Assembly (NCBI GenBank): GCA_016748015.1
Contig: JAAOMT010000352.1
Coordinates: forward strand, 434,001 to 498,000
DNA from: Geosiphon pyriformis uo1
Taxonomy: Eukaryota > Fungi > Glomeromycota
Direction: 5' to 3'
DNA length: 64,000 nucleotides
In this document: positions 38,379 through 51,786 of the stretch, in pieces
Layout of the letters: each line of letters starts with the position of its first letter
How positions within the stretch are numbered: position 1 is the first letter of the stretch
Notes under the pieces: model-generated
Told to the model about the DNA's origin: nothing
Seen by the model: the letters and a program-made list of their open reading frames with translations, nothing else
Database searches by the model: none
Program-made: the position numbers and the translations under genes

Positions 38379-41300
38379 TTAGATTTGTTTTATTCATGAC
38401 AAACTATTAGCATTTCTATTTTTTTTTCTTTTTTTATAATGTACTGTATATTTAAATAGTAAGAGTTTTATTTTCTATTTGATATAATAGTTATTTTCAA
38501 ATTTTTGCTTCTGGATTGATGTCAATCTTTTGTGATCAGTGTATATTTCAAATTTCTGGCTTAAATACTCTTTTCATTTAATAACTGTTCAATAGATAGC
38601 TAAGTGTTTTAGTGCTGGTATTCTATAGTTCTTTTTAGCTGAACTCAAACTTTGGCTGGCATATGCTACTAGATATTCTCATCTATTTGGTCCTCTCTAA
38701 AATAGTACTGCTCCCAATATTTGACCAGATATGTTAATAGTAATGATAAATAACTTGCTGTAATCTAAATAAATCAGTACTGGAGCTTGAATCAGCTTTC
38801 TTCTTAATATATCAAAAGCTTTTTGTTAAGTTTCTGTTCATTCATATTTCACATTTTTGGCTTAAAGCTGATGAAGTAGTTAAGTTAATTTAGAGAAGTT
38901 CTAAATAAAGCAACAATAGTATTCAACAAATCCCAAGAATTCTTTTAATTCTGTGAAATTTGTTGGTACTAAAAAGTTTTTAACTATCTCAATCCTATTC
39001 AGATCTGTCTTAATGTTATCTTTATTTATAACATGTCCCAAAAAATTCAATTCTGTTTTGCCAAAAAAGCATTTGGTAACATTTAACTTTAGTTCTGTTT
39101 ATTTCAGTCTTTCAAACACTTGCTGTAGATGATAAAGATAATTATCAAATGTCTTTAAAAATACATTGGTGTTATTTAGATAAATAATTACTGATTTCTA
39201 TAGTAGTCTGGTATAAACAATTTCTATGAGCTATTGGAAAGTGGCTGGTGTATTGGTTAAACCAAATGGTATAACATCAAATTTGAAATTCTTTTTTCTG
39301 GTTGTAAAAGCAGTTTTTTCTTTATTTTCTGGTTTTATGGCTATTTGTCAATAACCACTATCTAAATCCAGTATTGAGAACCATTTTTTCTCTCCAAAAG
39401 CATCAAATAATTTCTGAACCCATGGAATTGGATAGCTGTTTCTATAAGTAACATTATTGAGTTTTCTATAATCTACACAAAAACAAATTTTTTTATTCTT
39501 TTTGTGAACTAGTACCATTGGTGATAACTATAGACTCATTGATGATTGAATTAATCTATTGTTTAACATTTAATTAATTTTCTGTTAAATGATTTCATGG
39601 CTTGTTAGTGGTACTTTGTATGCTTATTGTTTGATTAACATTGTATTTTTAGTCTTGATCTAATGGTAAATAATGTCAGTTCTACCAAATTTATTTTTAC
39701 TGGCAAAAATATTAGTGAAATTGTTAAGTAGTATCTTGAGTTGTATCTGTTGCAATAGGTCTAAGTTTCCCAAATTCATTTGTTCCAATTGTTTGGGTTG
39801 GAGCAAATAACATTTTTTTTATCTGTATATTGTTTGTAATGTAATATTCACATATTCGCACAGTTGTAAAAAATCTGGAATGGTATTTAGTGATTGGTCC
39901 TCAATTTCAGTGCTTAAATATTTAATAGTTGTTCTTTTTGATATTTCAATAGGGTCTCTAGTTGTGTTATAGATAGAAATTTTGATGTGTTTATGGTTCT
40001 TGGCTGGTATATAGAGATTAGTAATTTCAATCTTTTCTGATTTACAAATAGTTGGTTCTGCTTCAAAAATCTGGAGCTGATCTCTTACTTTTCTCTCTAT
40101 TACTAATATGTACTAGTCATATAGTGGAATTGAAACTGATTGATGGATAAAAATAATTTCTTCCTTGTTAATGACTTTTTTTCTGTCATATTAACTAGTA
40201 TATCTATCCTACTCATAGATTCAAATCCATTTATTCCTCTTGCTGCCATTTCTAACTTTTTTTTTCCACTGGTACTAATTGAGTTATTTTAATCAAAGAC
40301 AGAAATATTGTCTATGCTATTTTTTTATTTGACTTAATAGTATAAGCTTTTTCAGAATTATTTTGTAGCATTGCAATAATATTTCTTATATATTTTGCAT
40401 TAATTATTTTTCTTTTTATATTAATCCTTTTTTTTACTAAATTACTCCTAGATACTAGCTGAACTATGATTGTTGCTAGAATTTCCAGTGCTATTTTCAA
40501 ATCAATACAAGTACACAAATGTGATTCCAATTTGATGGCATTTTTTTCTGAATATTGCAGATCAAATTCTGTATCAGTATTATGCATGCATTCTGGCATA
40601 ATACTTTTATTATTATCACTGAACCATTTAAGTTTCTGCTTCTTGGAAAAATCAAGAAGTGCGATATATTATTCTGAACTTAAATCAAAGTTTGAATTGT
40701 CTTTGTTGTTGTTGTTATTTTGAACTGAGCTGAAACTGTTGTTATTATTGTTATTGTCAGAATTTAAATTGAGATTCGATTCCAATTCTGCAGTACACTT
40801 ACTGATTGGTTTTTTTTTTCTAGAATCATGTAAATCATGTATGGTAGTAAATTGTAAATAAAGTTACAATTATTACAATATTAAAAATCACAGAGAATTA
40901 AACAATAGTCACATAAACAGGTATTAAGTTGTTCTAAACATTGCTCTTGCTCTTGTTTTTCTTTAATGGGTGCTAATTTTTGGTAGTGTTTACGGAATTG
41001 TTTAGGATTTATCATGTTAAAAATAATATCAAAGTTTGGAATCCAAATACTTTCTTTGGGTTCTAGCAGATTATTTTTGATTTTTTTGATTTTTTTTGGG
41101 GTTATGTCTTCGATTTTGGTAATTGCCATTCTCCATATTTTGTTGTCATTATGTAGACAGCCATCCAAATGTTTTATAGCTCTCCTTTAAGCAATATCTA
41201 TTGGCATTTTTTTTTTATCCAATCACTTATGAGAATTGTGTATTGACACAATTTGTCACATGTTCCTCCATAACCAGAAATGTTGTTCTATATTCTTTTG

Positions 41301-44300
41301 TCTAAAAGAGTTTCTCTACAAGCAAAGCATGATTTATTGTTCTATTTTTCTTGTCTTTTTGGCTATCTAAAGCATTTAAAAATATATGAGTAGTAATAAT
41401 ATTTTGTGGCCATTGGCCATTTCTCATTGTTACCACAACATGTGCTCATTGTTGACAATTTCTTGTTACAATCAATACAAATTAATTTGGGTCAATAATA
41501 ATTTGGCTGGTATTAAGTGGTGATAATATATAATATATATGTAGATATAGTTGCTTGGGATTTTTTTTCTTCTTTTTCCTTTTTCTTTTCCTTTTCTTTT
41601 TATGTAAATATTAGTACTAATTCATTGTATTTTTCTTTAGTCCATAATATCTAATACATTTCTCAAGTAGGTTTTTTTTTCTTCTTTAAGCTCAATTAGT
41701 GGCTGTTTGTTAGTAGTGGTCTTAAAATAACTACAAGTGGCTGGCACTCATATGTTCTAACTGTTTTGGCTTAGTTATAATTCTTGAATGTTTCAGTTGA
41801 GCACCATGTTGGTCTTGGACAGCCAGTTGTTACTAATAAGAGTTTGGTATTGGATAACTTTTATAATGAGAACTTTTATGGGTGTGATAATACCATTAAC
41901 TTTAAACAGAAAGTTGTTAATCTCACCAATAGGAGTTTTAGTCACTCCATTGGCTGTAATAGTTCTGGTGCTGGTAGCACAATCAACTCAGCAACTTAAT
42001 TGTTTTATGAATTGTTACATAATAATACTACCAGTTAATCTACTGTTTAAAATCAGTTTAATAAACTGACTATTAATTTTGGTATTGGTATACATTGTAG
42101 TGATAGATTTTGATTCAAGAGTGGCTTCACTAAATAAAAGTATTTTGACTGGTTCCTCTAATTTAAAAGAAAAAATTGCAACTAGTGATTCATTGTTAAT
42201 AATAGTTGCTGGAAGTATGTTGTTAATAAGTGTTTGTTTCTAATTAGTTTCCAGTTTGTTGGATTGGGTATTTTCTGGGGTAACTAAGAGACTTAAATAG
42301 TTCTGGAAGTTTGGATTTTGGTTGTATTCAATTTCCAAACTTCACTAACATGATTCTAAAAGCTGTTGTGATGAGCTGAAAATCAATTGGTAAATTACTA
42401 TTGCTAATTGCCAGTTTTGTTGAATGTAGATAATTTTTAGTCTTAAATTTCCAGACATTTGAACTGAATTTTGTGATGGTGTTTGGAAGACTTGAAGTTA
42501 ATAGATAACCTGCGGCTGCAGTTGATAAATAACTGGAGCTGAAGTTTGATAAATTAAAAGTGCATATATTAATTGTTGTGTTATTTGTAAGTAATAGAAT
42601 TAATATTGATTTTAATTTGGGGAATAATTTGGAATTTGAAACCAACAATTGGAATTTTGATATTGGTTTCCTGATTATTGATTATTGACTCTAGTGTGAC
42701 AATTTATTTTTAAATGGCCTTATTTACTATAATTGTAGCAAATGCATGTCTCTAATTGCTATGATTAATTTGCTGCTAATAATAGATATAATAGATTCTA
42801 AAATTGATTTGGGTTTCTTTAATTTTTACAATGTTATGATAGCTAATAGATTGCTGGATTGTTGTTGTTAACTAAGTATCTCTCTATTTTCTGGTTGATT
42901 AACTTATTTAATTGCCTTAGTTTAGAATCCAGTTTAGATAATTTATTTATTACTAGATTTATGACTTGAACATAGTTGGCTTTTAATTCAGCTGATTCAA
43001 AGTTTCTGATATGAGCAACTGTATTTTGGAGCATATTTAGATACATTAAATGTACTTGTTACAATAAACTGCTGTAAAGACTTTGAATGAATTGATTCAA
43101 GATCTATAGTGCTGTAAAATAGTCAGTTTCAATTGCCTAAATCTGGCACAGATTTTTGTAGAAATGTTCCAAGTAAATAGTAACTGTTTCAATAATAACT
43201 AAGTAATTGATACTGTTATAATTGCTAAAATATTATAAGAATATGACTTTGAATGTATTAAGATCTTGGGATTTGTTTGTAAAATTTTGGTATCATAAAT
43301 TGGCTGTATCTTGAAAAAAATATGAGATTGTTTGAAAGACTTTGGCATCATTTTACCCATTGGCTGTGATGGCTTTTTCTACATTGTTGAGTCATATTTG
43401 GGCATTATTTTTTTTACTAGTAAATTTCTTGAGTTTTGTGATTAGAGCATAGGCCATTGGTGCTAATAGTAGTTGTTGTTGTTAAAGTTGTTGCTAAAGT
43501 GGTAGTTGTAGCTGTTGTTGTTGCTGTTTGGCAATTAGTGCAACTGGTAGTGAATCAATTATGATTACTGAAGATAAATTTTGGAGAACAATAAAAGTGA
43601 AGTTTGGATTGTTTTGATTTTGCTAAGTTAAAACAATCAGGTTTTGAATTTTCAAATTTTCTAAGATTGGGTTTTGATAAGTAAATTTCTGATTTTCTTT
43701 TTCTTTTTCTTCCAAGTTGGTTATTTTCCAAGGATTAACAACTCCGAAATTAGGTTGAAATGACAGTAATTAAAATTCAAATGATGTTGGTAATCATAAT
43801 TTAAATTCTTCAAAGTAATCATTATAAGTTCCCAATAAATTGGCGTTTTCTTGGTTGCTTTAGAATATTATTTTTGCTAATAGTGTTTTCATAATTAATG
43901 TGGATACACCTGCTGATGTTATGTTGATGGTATTTTCTGGTATATGATAATATAATAAATAAATGGAGAAAACTATTCTTGGTTTCTTCCAAGTAAGTAA
44001 TTGTATCTTTTTTGGTGTTTCTGTTGGTATTTATAGTTTTTTTTATCTGCAAAAATAATAGAAAATTTTTGTTGTGCATAATTTCCAATTTTTTTATTTA
44101 TTTCTGTAATTGTTGATACAAACAAATAATTTGAAAACAGTATGGTGTTTTAGAATAATTTACTGTTAAAGTTGTTGAAAGCAGCTTCTAAATTTTTTTT
44201 GGCTCTTAAGTATGATTTGATTTTTTTATTGATGTAGAAATTGAAAGCTGATTCTGCTGGCCAGTTGTTACTTGTTAATCCAAGATGATTTTTATAATGC

Positions 44301-44410
44301 TGAAATAAGGATTTTATGAATCTTAAATGGTTTTTTTCTATATTTTCTTGGTCTACCACTTTTTTAGATAATTGTTGTTAGTGCTGGTTTTCTATTAGAT
44401 TATACTTCAC
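38379..44410 (-). pseudogene. ORF1 of F: gag-PR-Cys-rich-dUTPase-RT-RNase H
   Basis: dUTPase ORF 40312-40599 (EFDL, VSRSNL); LDLDSGY and PFGLTN RT motifs; WPAESAFNFYIN N-terminal domain. Confidence 0.88.
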
Positions 44411-44827
44411 AAGGAGCACCAAATGTTACAAATAATTATTTGAAGTGTTAATACAAATAACAAACACATAACTTGGTACTTAATAAGTAATCTGATGAGT
44501 AATAATCGGAAGATTTTCATATCTGAAGGTTTTTGTGGAGTCTTTTGTATAATAGACAGAGATTCAATAGTTGTTTCTAATAGTTTTCTGAAATTGCAAT
44601 TTTGTTAATTTTTTTCTTAGCTTGGTAGCTGGCAATCTTTTGATAAGTAATCTTTTAAATTCAAGTGTCTACTCTCTTGTGAAGTCTTTTACCAGGCAAT
44701 TTTTAATGTCAGTAACTCAGTGCTTAATTCATAATCAATTAATAAACAATAAACAAAATAAAAAAAATAAAAAAAAATAAAAAAATAAGCAAAAGCAAAA
44801 AAAAATTAATATTCTGTTAATAGCTAT

Positions 44828-45504
44828 TGTTACCCGAGTAGAAAAACTGATCCAAAGTTATAAAAAAATGTGACCAAAACGTGACATAATACAGAATAGT
44901 ACACAATAATGTTGGATAATATGTTATAATGTAAGATAATGTGTTATAATGCAGAATAACACAGAATAGTGTGCAATAATGTTGGATAATGCATTATAAT
45001 ATAGAATAACGTGTTATAACTCAAGATAACACAGAATAACATGTAATAACATCAAATAAACAGGTTATAACATAGGATAACTAGTAATAATGTAGAAAAC
45101 AAAGCAATAACAGAAATAACAAAACAATAACTAGTAATAGTGAGACAATTAAAAGCAATCCTGTAAAACCAAAAGAATGTATAAAAGCAAGTAGTTGTAG
45201 AAATTAGAAAAAAAAACAGATGGATAGATACAAATCTCTAAACAAGAATCAAATATTCATATCTCTTCATCATTTATTATCTTCCCTATTTCATCTTCTG
45301 AAATAAACCAATTATTAAAGAAATCAGAATCACAAATTCATGTTCTCAAACTTTGTGAAATTTATGTGAATTAACTCTTGTTTTGTACCTTCATTTTAAG
45401 ACAGATGCTCTTAGCATAACTGCCTCAAACTATTAATGATTTGGACCAATCATTCTTGATCACAGTGATTGATGATACTAATTTATTTATTTTTTCTTTT
45501 TTTT

Positions 45505-45544
<40 letters not shown>

Positions 45545-45940
45545 CTTATTTTTGTGGAGCAGCAACATAGTAAAATTGACTGTCTAAGAATAGACTTCAT
45601 GATAGCCTGATAAAAGAAGGAAGCTCCCCCTAAGTTTTTGGATATTAATGTTATCTTGTTAGCTTACCAGAAGGGCGAAAAGACAATGCCAGACCCTAAC
45701 AACTGCACTTGTTAGCTTGGAGAAGAAAGCTTATATTTATGGAAAATGTTGTAATCGATAAAAGACAAACTCTGTATCTTATAACCAAAAAACTCAATGG
45801 GTAAATTCTCATCCAGGAATAGACCTTCAGAGACTAATAATCAAGACTAAAGCCAACAGAATTATGTGGAAGATGCATTACTAATAATTGAGAGCACCAA
45901 ACATTACCATTTCTATTACCCACTAAGTTTACTCATAACA
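44828..45940 (+). repeat. 5' LTR of D
   Basis: tgttacccg..cataaca; TATA tataaaa near 45180; AATAAA near 45302; poly-T near 45485-45545. Confidence 0.95.
44886..45100 (+). repeat. 10-bp-period tandem array (ATAAYRYRNN) in U3 of D; also near 54040-54250, 27700-27860 and 57210-57350
   Basis: ataat/ataac recurs every 10 nt for about 20 units. Confidence 0.9.
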
Positions 45941-45942
45941 TT

Positions 45943-45959
45943 TGGTGCTCCCTGTAAGG
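45943..45959 (+). promoter_or_regulatory. Primer-binding site of D (tggtgctccctgtaagg)
   Basis: 2 nt after the LTR end; same core as in family 1. Confidence 0.9.
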
Positions 45960-48900
45960 TTATAAATCCACAGAGACAGAGCACCCCAGAAATACACAAA
46001 AGTGATAACTATTGGAACAATAAGAAAGGACCACTTCTCATACAGAAGAGCACTATTTCAATACTTTTAAAAAAGTCTAGAAATACCAACAGAAACTATT
46101 ATTGCAGAAAGTGACTTTTGCAACTATATCAATGCAAAAATCAACTGCTTGTTAGGCCACACAACTAACACAGGAAAACTTGGAGAACAAATCCATCAGA
46201 GCTTACTAAGATACTTAACAACTACCACTACTCGAGCAATTGCTGAAACTCTATACATAGTTAATACAAACATTAAACACTATGTGACAAAACAATTTCC
46301 TCAAGTACAACAACCAGTAGAATCCAATCTGGAGGAATACAAGTATGGATTCAATAATCCCACAACTGCCCAAGACAAATCCACAGTTAACAAGAAACCA
46401 AAAATCCTCTTCCCAACAACTCCATCATATCATTAGACACCCTAAAATAGAATTGTATTTAACCCACCTCCAGAAACCCAGTTGAAAACACCACAAACTC
46501 TTGGAAATCCACACCCTTGGAATCAACACAGTTAGACCAAATCACTAGAAGAATACAGATTGCTGTTTGGAAATCTTACCCCAACAGCCAGTCAAACAAA
46601 AAGAAACACGTCAACTTGGGAACAACCACTAGCACAAAACCCAGCAGAATCAGCATCTCCCCTGATGAAAGGAACAGCTATTTTACAACCTAGTGGTTTA
46701 AGCGACAAAAAAAAACAACCAGCATTAACACCTGAAGAACACTTGAATATGCAGACACCAATCCTCTTAAACATAACCAGTAATACTCCACCCATTAACT
46801 AGATCATGGCTTACTGAAATATTGCTAAGTTAAAAAAATTCTTGAGGGAAAAAGATAACATGTATTTGTGGATTGTGAAAGCCAAGAAAGCAATCACCGC
46901 CAACAACTGGAACAATGACAGAGCTATTCAAGTGCTGTTATTTTTTCTAACCAAAACCACAGACTTATGGTATCAAAGTCTTGCAGAAAAACCAACCGAC
47001 TTTAATACCTTTAAGCTCACCTTTCTATGATACTTTTGCGACCCCAATACTTTAATCCGATTATAGAATCAATTCAGCATAATTAAACAAAAAGATTATA
47101 AAGCAGTAATTACTTATTTCGGATGATTCAATCAAATTCTTTGTCAAATATTAGCTATCGAAAGAGACTACTACACTGCGGCACAAGTTCTTAATCAATT
47201 CATTAAAGAATTGTGAAATAGTATTCTAAGATCTGTAAAACTCTGCCATCCGACCAATTTACAAGACGCCATTGCTTTTGCTCGCAATTTTGAGTTCGCA
47301 AAACAAGAAGCAAATCATACCCAAGCCATCAATTTAGCCATTAATGAAACCTCTAACATCAATGCAAAGATAACCCAATTGAGTAAGAAACTAACTCAAA
47401 AAATTAAGAGATTCTTAGCCAGAACTACAGGAACCTATCAACCACCACAATGGAAAGAAAATAACAACAACAGATATCCACAGCAACAGCAACAATCTTG
47501 GAAAACCAATCCCCACAACTGTTACTACTACCAGAAATCTGGACATATAGCCTGGAACTGCAGAAAGAAGATCATGGACCAACATTAAAAAAACCAATAC
47601 TAGCAACCAAGATATCAGCAAAGCATGGTATCCCAATACCCCATATCTTAAAATCAACCACCCTAATACACACAACAAGTCCCATACACTCAACCACCAC
47701 CCCAGAATTATTATCAACTACCACCAATGACACAAGCAATCTCTTACTATCAAACTCCCCCTTACAGCCAGCCCAAACCTTGAGCCATAGACTATAATTA
47801 GAGATGGAAGAATCCCAACAACAATCAGGCACAAACCAACAGTGGACTGTTTTAACCAATCTTTCGCAGTCCTGCCCAATCTTAATTGATGCCAACTAGA
47901 TACTCGAATCAAGCTTCCTATCTCAGTCTCATGGAAGACCAGGATTTTGATAAATCTACACCTATAGAAGGGAAGAATGTAGAACAAATCTTCCAATCTT
48001 CTAAGCAAACAACAAGCAATATTTTACCAGCCACTATTACCAAAGACACCACCCTAGCCACCATATTTCCTTTTGACATCGATAATTTGAACACCTATAG
48101 CCTTTTTAGTGGAGCAGCCATTAATGAAGATAAACCAATAATGGCTCTATACACCAATGCCAGAGTCAGAAAAATAGACATTAAATTAATCCTGGATAGC
48201 AAATCAGCCAGTAGCATAATTATGAAGCAGCTCATAGACCAACTAGGTCACTGAGTAGACTGTGCTGCTACTGCCTGGATCATTACAATGGATGGAAACA
48301 CAAAAACCCTGATAGGAGAAATTGACAACTTCTCCTTTAAGATTAATAAGATCCAGATCTCTACCAAAGTACTCGTTATAGAAGCCACTTAATATCAAGC
48401 TCTAGAAGAAAACAATTGGTTGTCAAAAGCCAACACTACTCTTAACTGGAACACCCAAGAACTTCAACTCACATTTAACGGACAGCATGTCCAAGTCCCA
48501 GCTACGTGTGGACACTTCAAAACCCAACATACTGAAGAACCCCTTATTAAATTCGAAGACACACCACTACCACCGACCATCGAGATCTATCAGGTTTCAT
48601 GGGTGGACAACTATCAAACTAAACTACTCCTACCACCAATCTGAGAAAAAAAAAGAAAAGGCAAAGCTAAAGAAGAGCCCTAATTGTCATTAATAGGATA
48701 CGTAACTTTGGACCAAAGAAATCTATTTTACCAACCTTCAAGACTAATATGTATTGATTGTGGAAAAAAGCTATCCACTATGGGTGCATGTATTGAAGAC
48801 AATAAAGAATGGCCCACCACTACCAAATACTACTGCAGACTTTGTGTACTAGAAAGATTTGGACAACCAAAACAACAAGGTAAATAAGACAACACACTGT

Positions 48901-49524
48901 GCCTTATATGTGGTGAGATTTTGCTTGATAAAGAACTCTGAAATGATGTGTTTGGCAGAAGAAGAACATGTGATAAGGCTTGTCAATACACCATATTAAT
49001 TAACAATTGGGTATGAAAGAGAACCCCGATTGAGGATGTTTGGAGATGAGCACTCAATTGATTGGATAGTTACCTACACGATGAGCATAAAATATGAAGA
49101 ATGGCCAATGCCAAAGCCAGAGGGGCCACACTCAGCGAAATATGAGAAATCAAAGAAAATTCATTTGTACCCAAATACAATAAACCCGATTATCTTATTG
49201 AAAATTTTTTTATGGATGACCCGGATGCATTTTAGGACCATTACTAAGAATTGGCCCTAACTTGAGAAGAACAGAAACAAAGACTAGCTGACTTAAATAC
49301 CAAACTGTGCAATCATTGTTTAATCCCTTGTCACTTCCAGTACTGCGACAAGTGTGATCTCATGTTCAATCCACTTCCAAAAATACTGTTCCTGATTACT
49401 GAACTACCTGAGCTCAAGAAAGAAGAGGAATTAACCATTGAGGACATGTCATTTTAAGATCCAACTGAGGATACCAAAACAGAACAGTATTTTGCGTATC
49501 CTAACCTATCCAAAAAACTAGAGC

Positions 49525-49950
49525 TAAAATGGTACAGTAACAACAAAGAAAGAATCTGCCCCAAAAGAGCACATGACAATGATCCTGGTTTTGACCTACA
49601 ATACTTTGGACAATTATCCATTATTATAGTCCCACATTCCCTTGTAAAAATAGATCTTAAGATAGCATTAGAAATTCCTGTTAATACAATGGTACAAGTT
49701 GTCTTTCAATCTAGTCTAGCCAAGAAAAAAATCAACATAAAAGAAGGAATCATTAATGCCGATTACATGGAAAACATCATTGTGATACTACAGAACAATT
49801 TGAACAGACCCTACAAAATAGAATCACAAGAAAAGATTGCCCAAACTATCTTTCTACCCCTAGTCAAAATATCTCAATTAACCCCAATAACAACCCAAGA
49901 AGAATTAAGCTTTACTGCCCGAGGAATTAATGAGTTTGGATCAAGTAGAA
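49525..49950 (+). pseudogene. dut: dUTPase domain of D
   Basis: PGFDL, QSSLAKK, GIINADYMENI, EKIAQTIF, RGINEFGSS: all five trimeric-dUTPase motifs recognisable. Confidence 0.9.
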
Positions 49951-51786
49951 GAGGAAACATATCAATCAACTTTATGGAGGAAAACAGTGACCAGGTAGAA
50001 TTTATCTATACTAACACCATTATCTCTATTCCCCCATATCAATAATACATCCTCAAAGTAAATCAAAAGATTCAAGATCAAGCCCTGTTATTTGAAGCCA
50101 GACCTGAAATCTGTTCCCTAGTCAATGTTGCTAATCTATACCTATCAGCCAAAGCCCATAAACACTTCAAAATTCTCATCTACAACCTAACAAAAAATGT
50201 CATTGAAATCCCTGAAAGAACCCTTATCAGTTTTATATCCACAGATATTCAGAATCCTGAAAAACCCCAGTCCATTCCAGACTTTGCACAATTATTCTTA
50301 TTCTGTGACATTATCTTACAAGTATGGAATTTGCCAAAAGAAAGTTATTTGTTCACACCAGAAGAGATCAATAAATTGAATTTAAGAAACTTAAGTATCT
50401 TACAACAAATGCAACTCAAAGTCCTTCTAAATCAGTATGCCAATGTTTTTGCCAGTGAAAATAAGTTCAGATGCACCAACATTGTAAAGCATCAGATTGA
50501 TACAGGAGATGCTTGACCTATTAAACAATAAGCTTACTAAATACTTCCATCTGGTAACAATCTTATCAAACAAGAAGTCCAATGAATGCTCAACAATGGC
50601 TTAATCAAAGAATCATTAAGCTCTTGGTTCTCACCAGTAGTCTTGGTTACCAAGAAAAACAGAAAAGTGCAATTCTGCATAGATTACCAAAAACTAAATA
50701 GTATCACATGAGGAGATAGTTATTCTACTCCCCTCATCCAAGAAATTTTGGACAATCTAGGAAAAAAAAAATGGTTTTCATCATTAAATCTAGCAAGTGG
50801 TTATTGGCAAGTTGAAATGGACCCCAAAGATAAAGAAAAAACAGCGTTCACCACTCAAGACGGAAACTTCGAGTTTAACATAATGTCTTTTAGACTCTAC
50901 AATGCTTCTGTCACATTCCAACACCTCATGAATATTGTATACAAAGAAATCCTGTGGAAATCAGTCATAGTATATCTAGATAACACCAATGTCTTCTTTG
51001 AAATATTTGATAATCATTTGTTCTATCTTCAACAAGTCTTCGAATGTCTTTGTAATGCCAGATTGAAACTCAACCTCAATAAATGCTTCTTTGAAAAAAC
51101 TGAGTTAAAGTTCTTAGAACATGTAATCAGCAAAAACAAAGTCAAACCCAATCCAGATAAAGTCCAAAAAGTCAAGAATTTTCCAGCCCCAATTAACTTC
51201 AAAGAATTACAAAAATTTCTAGAATTGACAGAATATTATTGTCAATTTGTCAAAGGTTTCTTGAACATTATAAAACCACTTTATCATTTGTTGTTCAAAT
51301 ATGTACCATACTTGTGAAAAAAAGATCAACAGAAAGTATTCGACTATCTCAAACAGTAATTGATCACATCCCCAATTCTGATTTACCCAGATTTCACTAA
51401 ACGGTTCATTGTCACTATGGATGTCTTGAAAAATGCTCTAGAAGCAGTTTTATCACAGATAGGACCAGACAATAGAGAACATCCAGTTGCCTACACTAGT
51501 CGCAGCACTAGCCCAGCAGAAAATAATTACAGCACAACAGATCTGAAATGTCTTGCCATTTATTGGGCCATACAAACTTGGAAACATTATCTCAATCAAC
51601 CATTTGACCTATATACCAATCACAAAGGACTTATTTGGTTACTCAATAATCCACAACTAGAAAAAAAGTATGCAAAATGGAGTACTTATCTGTAACAATT
51701 CCCACTCAAAGTCCATTACAAGGAAGAATTCAAGAACACCAATGCCAACAGTTTGTCGAGGATACCACAAACCTAATCCCAGATCC

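Larger units (their letters stand above)
45942..51776 (+). pseudogene. ORF1 of D, single frame: N-extension, CA, CCHC, Q/P/Y-rich linker, PR, Cys-rich module, dUTPase, RT, RNase H
   Basis: ORF-track pieces at 46149, 46560, 46842, 47379, 47886, 48420, 48684, 49689, 50331, 50748 and 51360 are all in frame 3, separated by point stops; ends NANSLSRIPQT*. Confidence 0.92.

Noticed and set aside
44886-45100. Regularly spaced repeats suggesting a CRISPR array
   Set aside because: 10-bp tandem units without unique spacers, inside an LTR U3 in a eukaryotic TE context; no cas genes
45942-51776. Alternative genetic code (stop reassignment) to explain the many in-frame stops
   Set aside because: Most stops fall at different positions in different copies and correspond to Q, R or W codons via C>T/G>A; this is decay, not recoding
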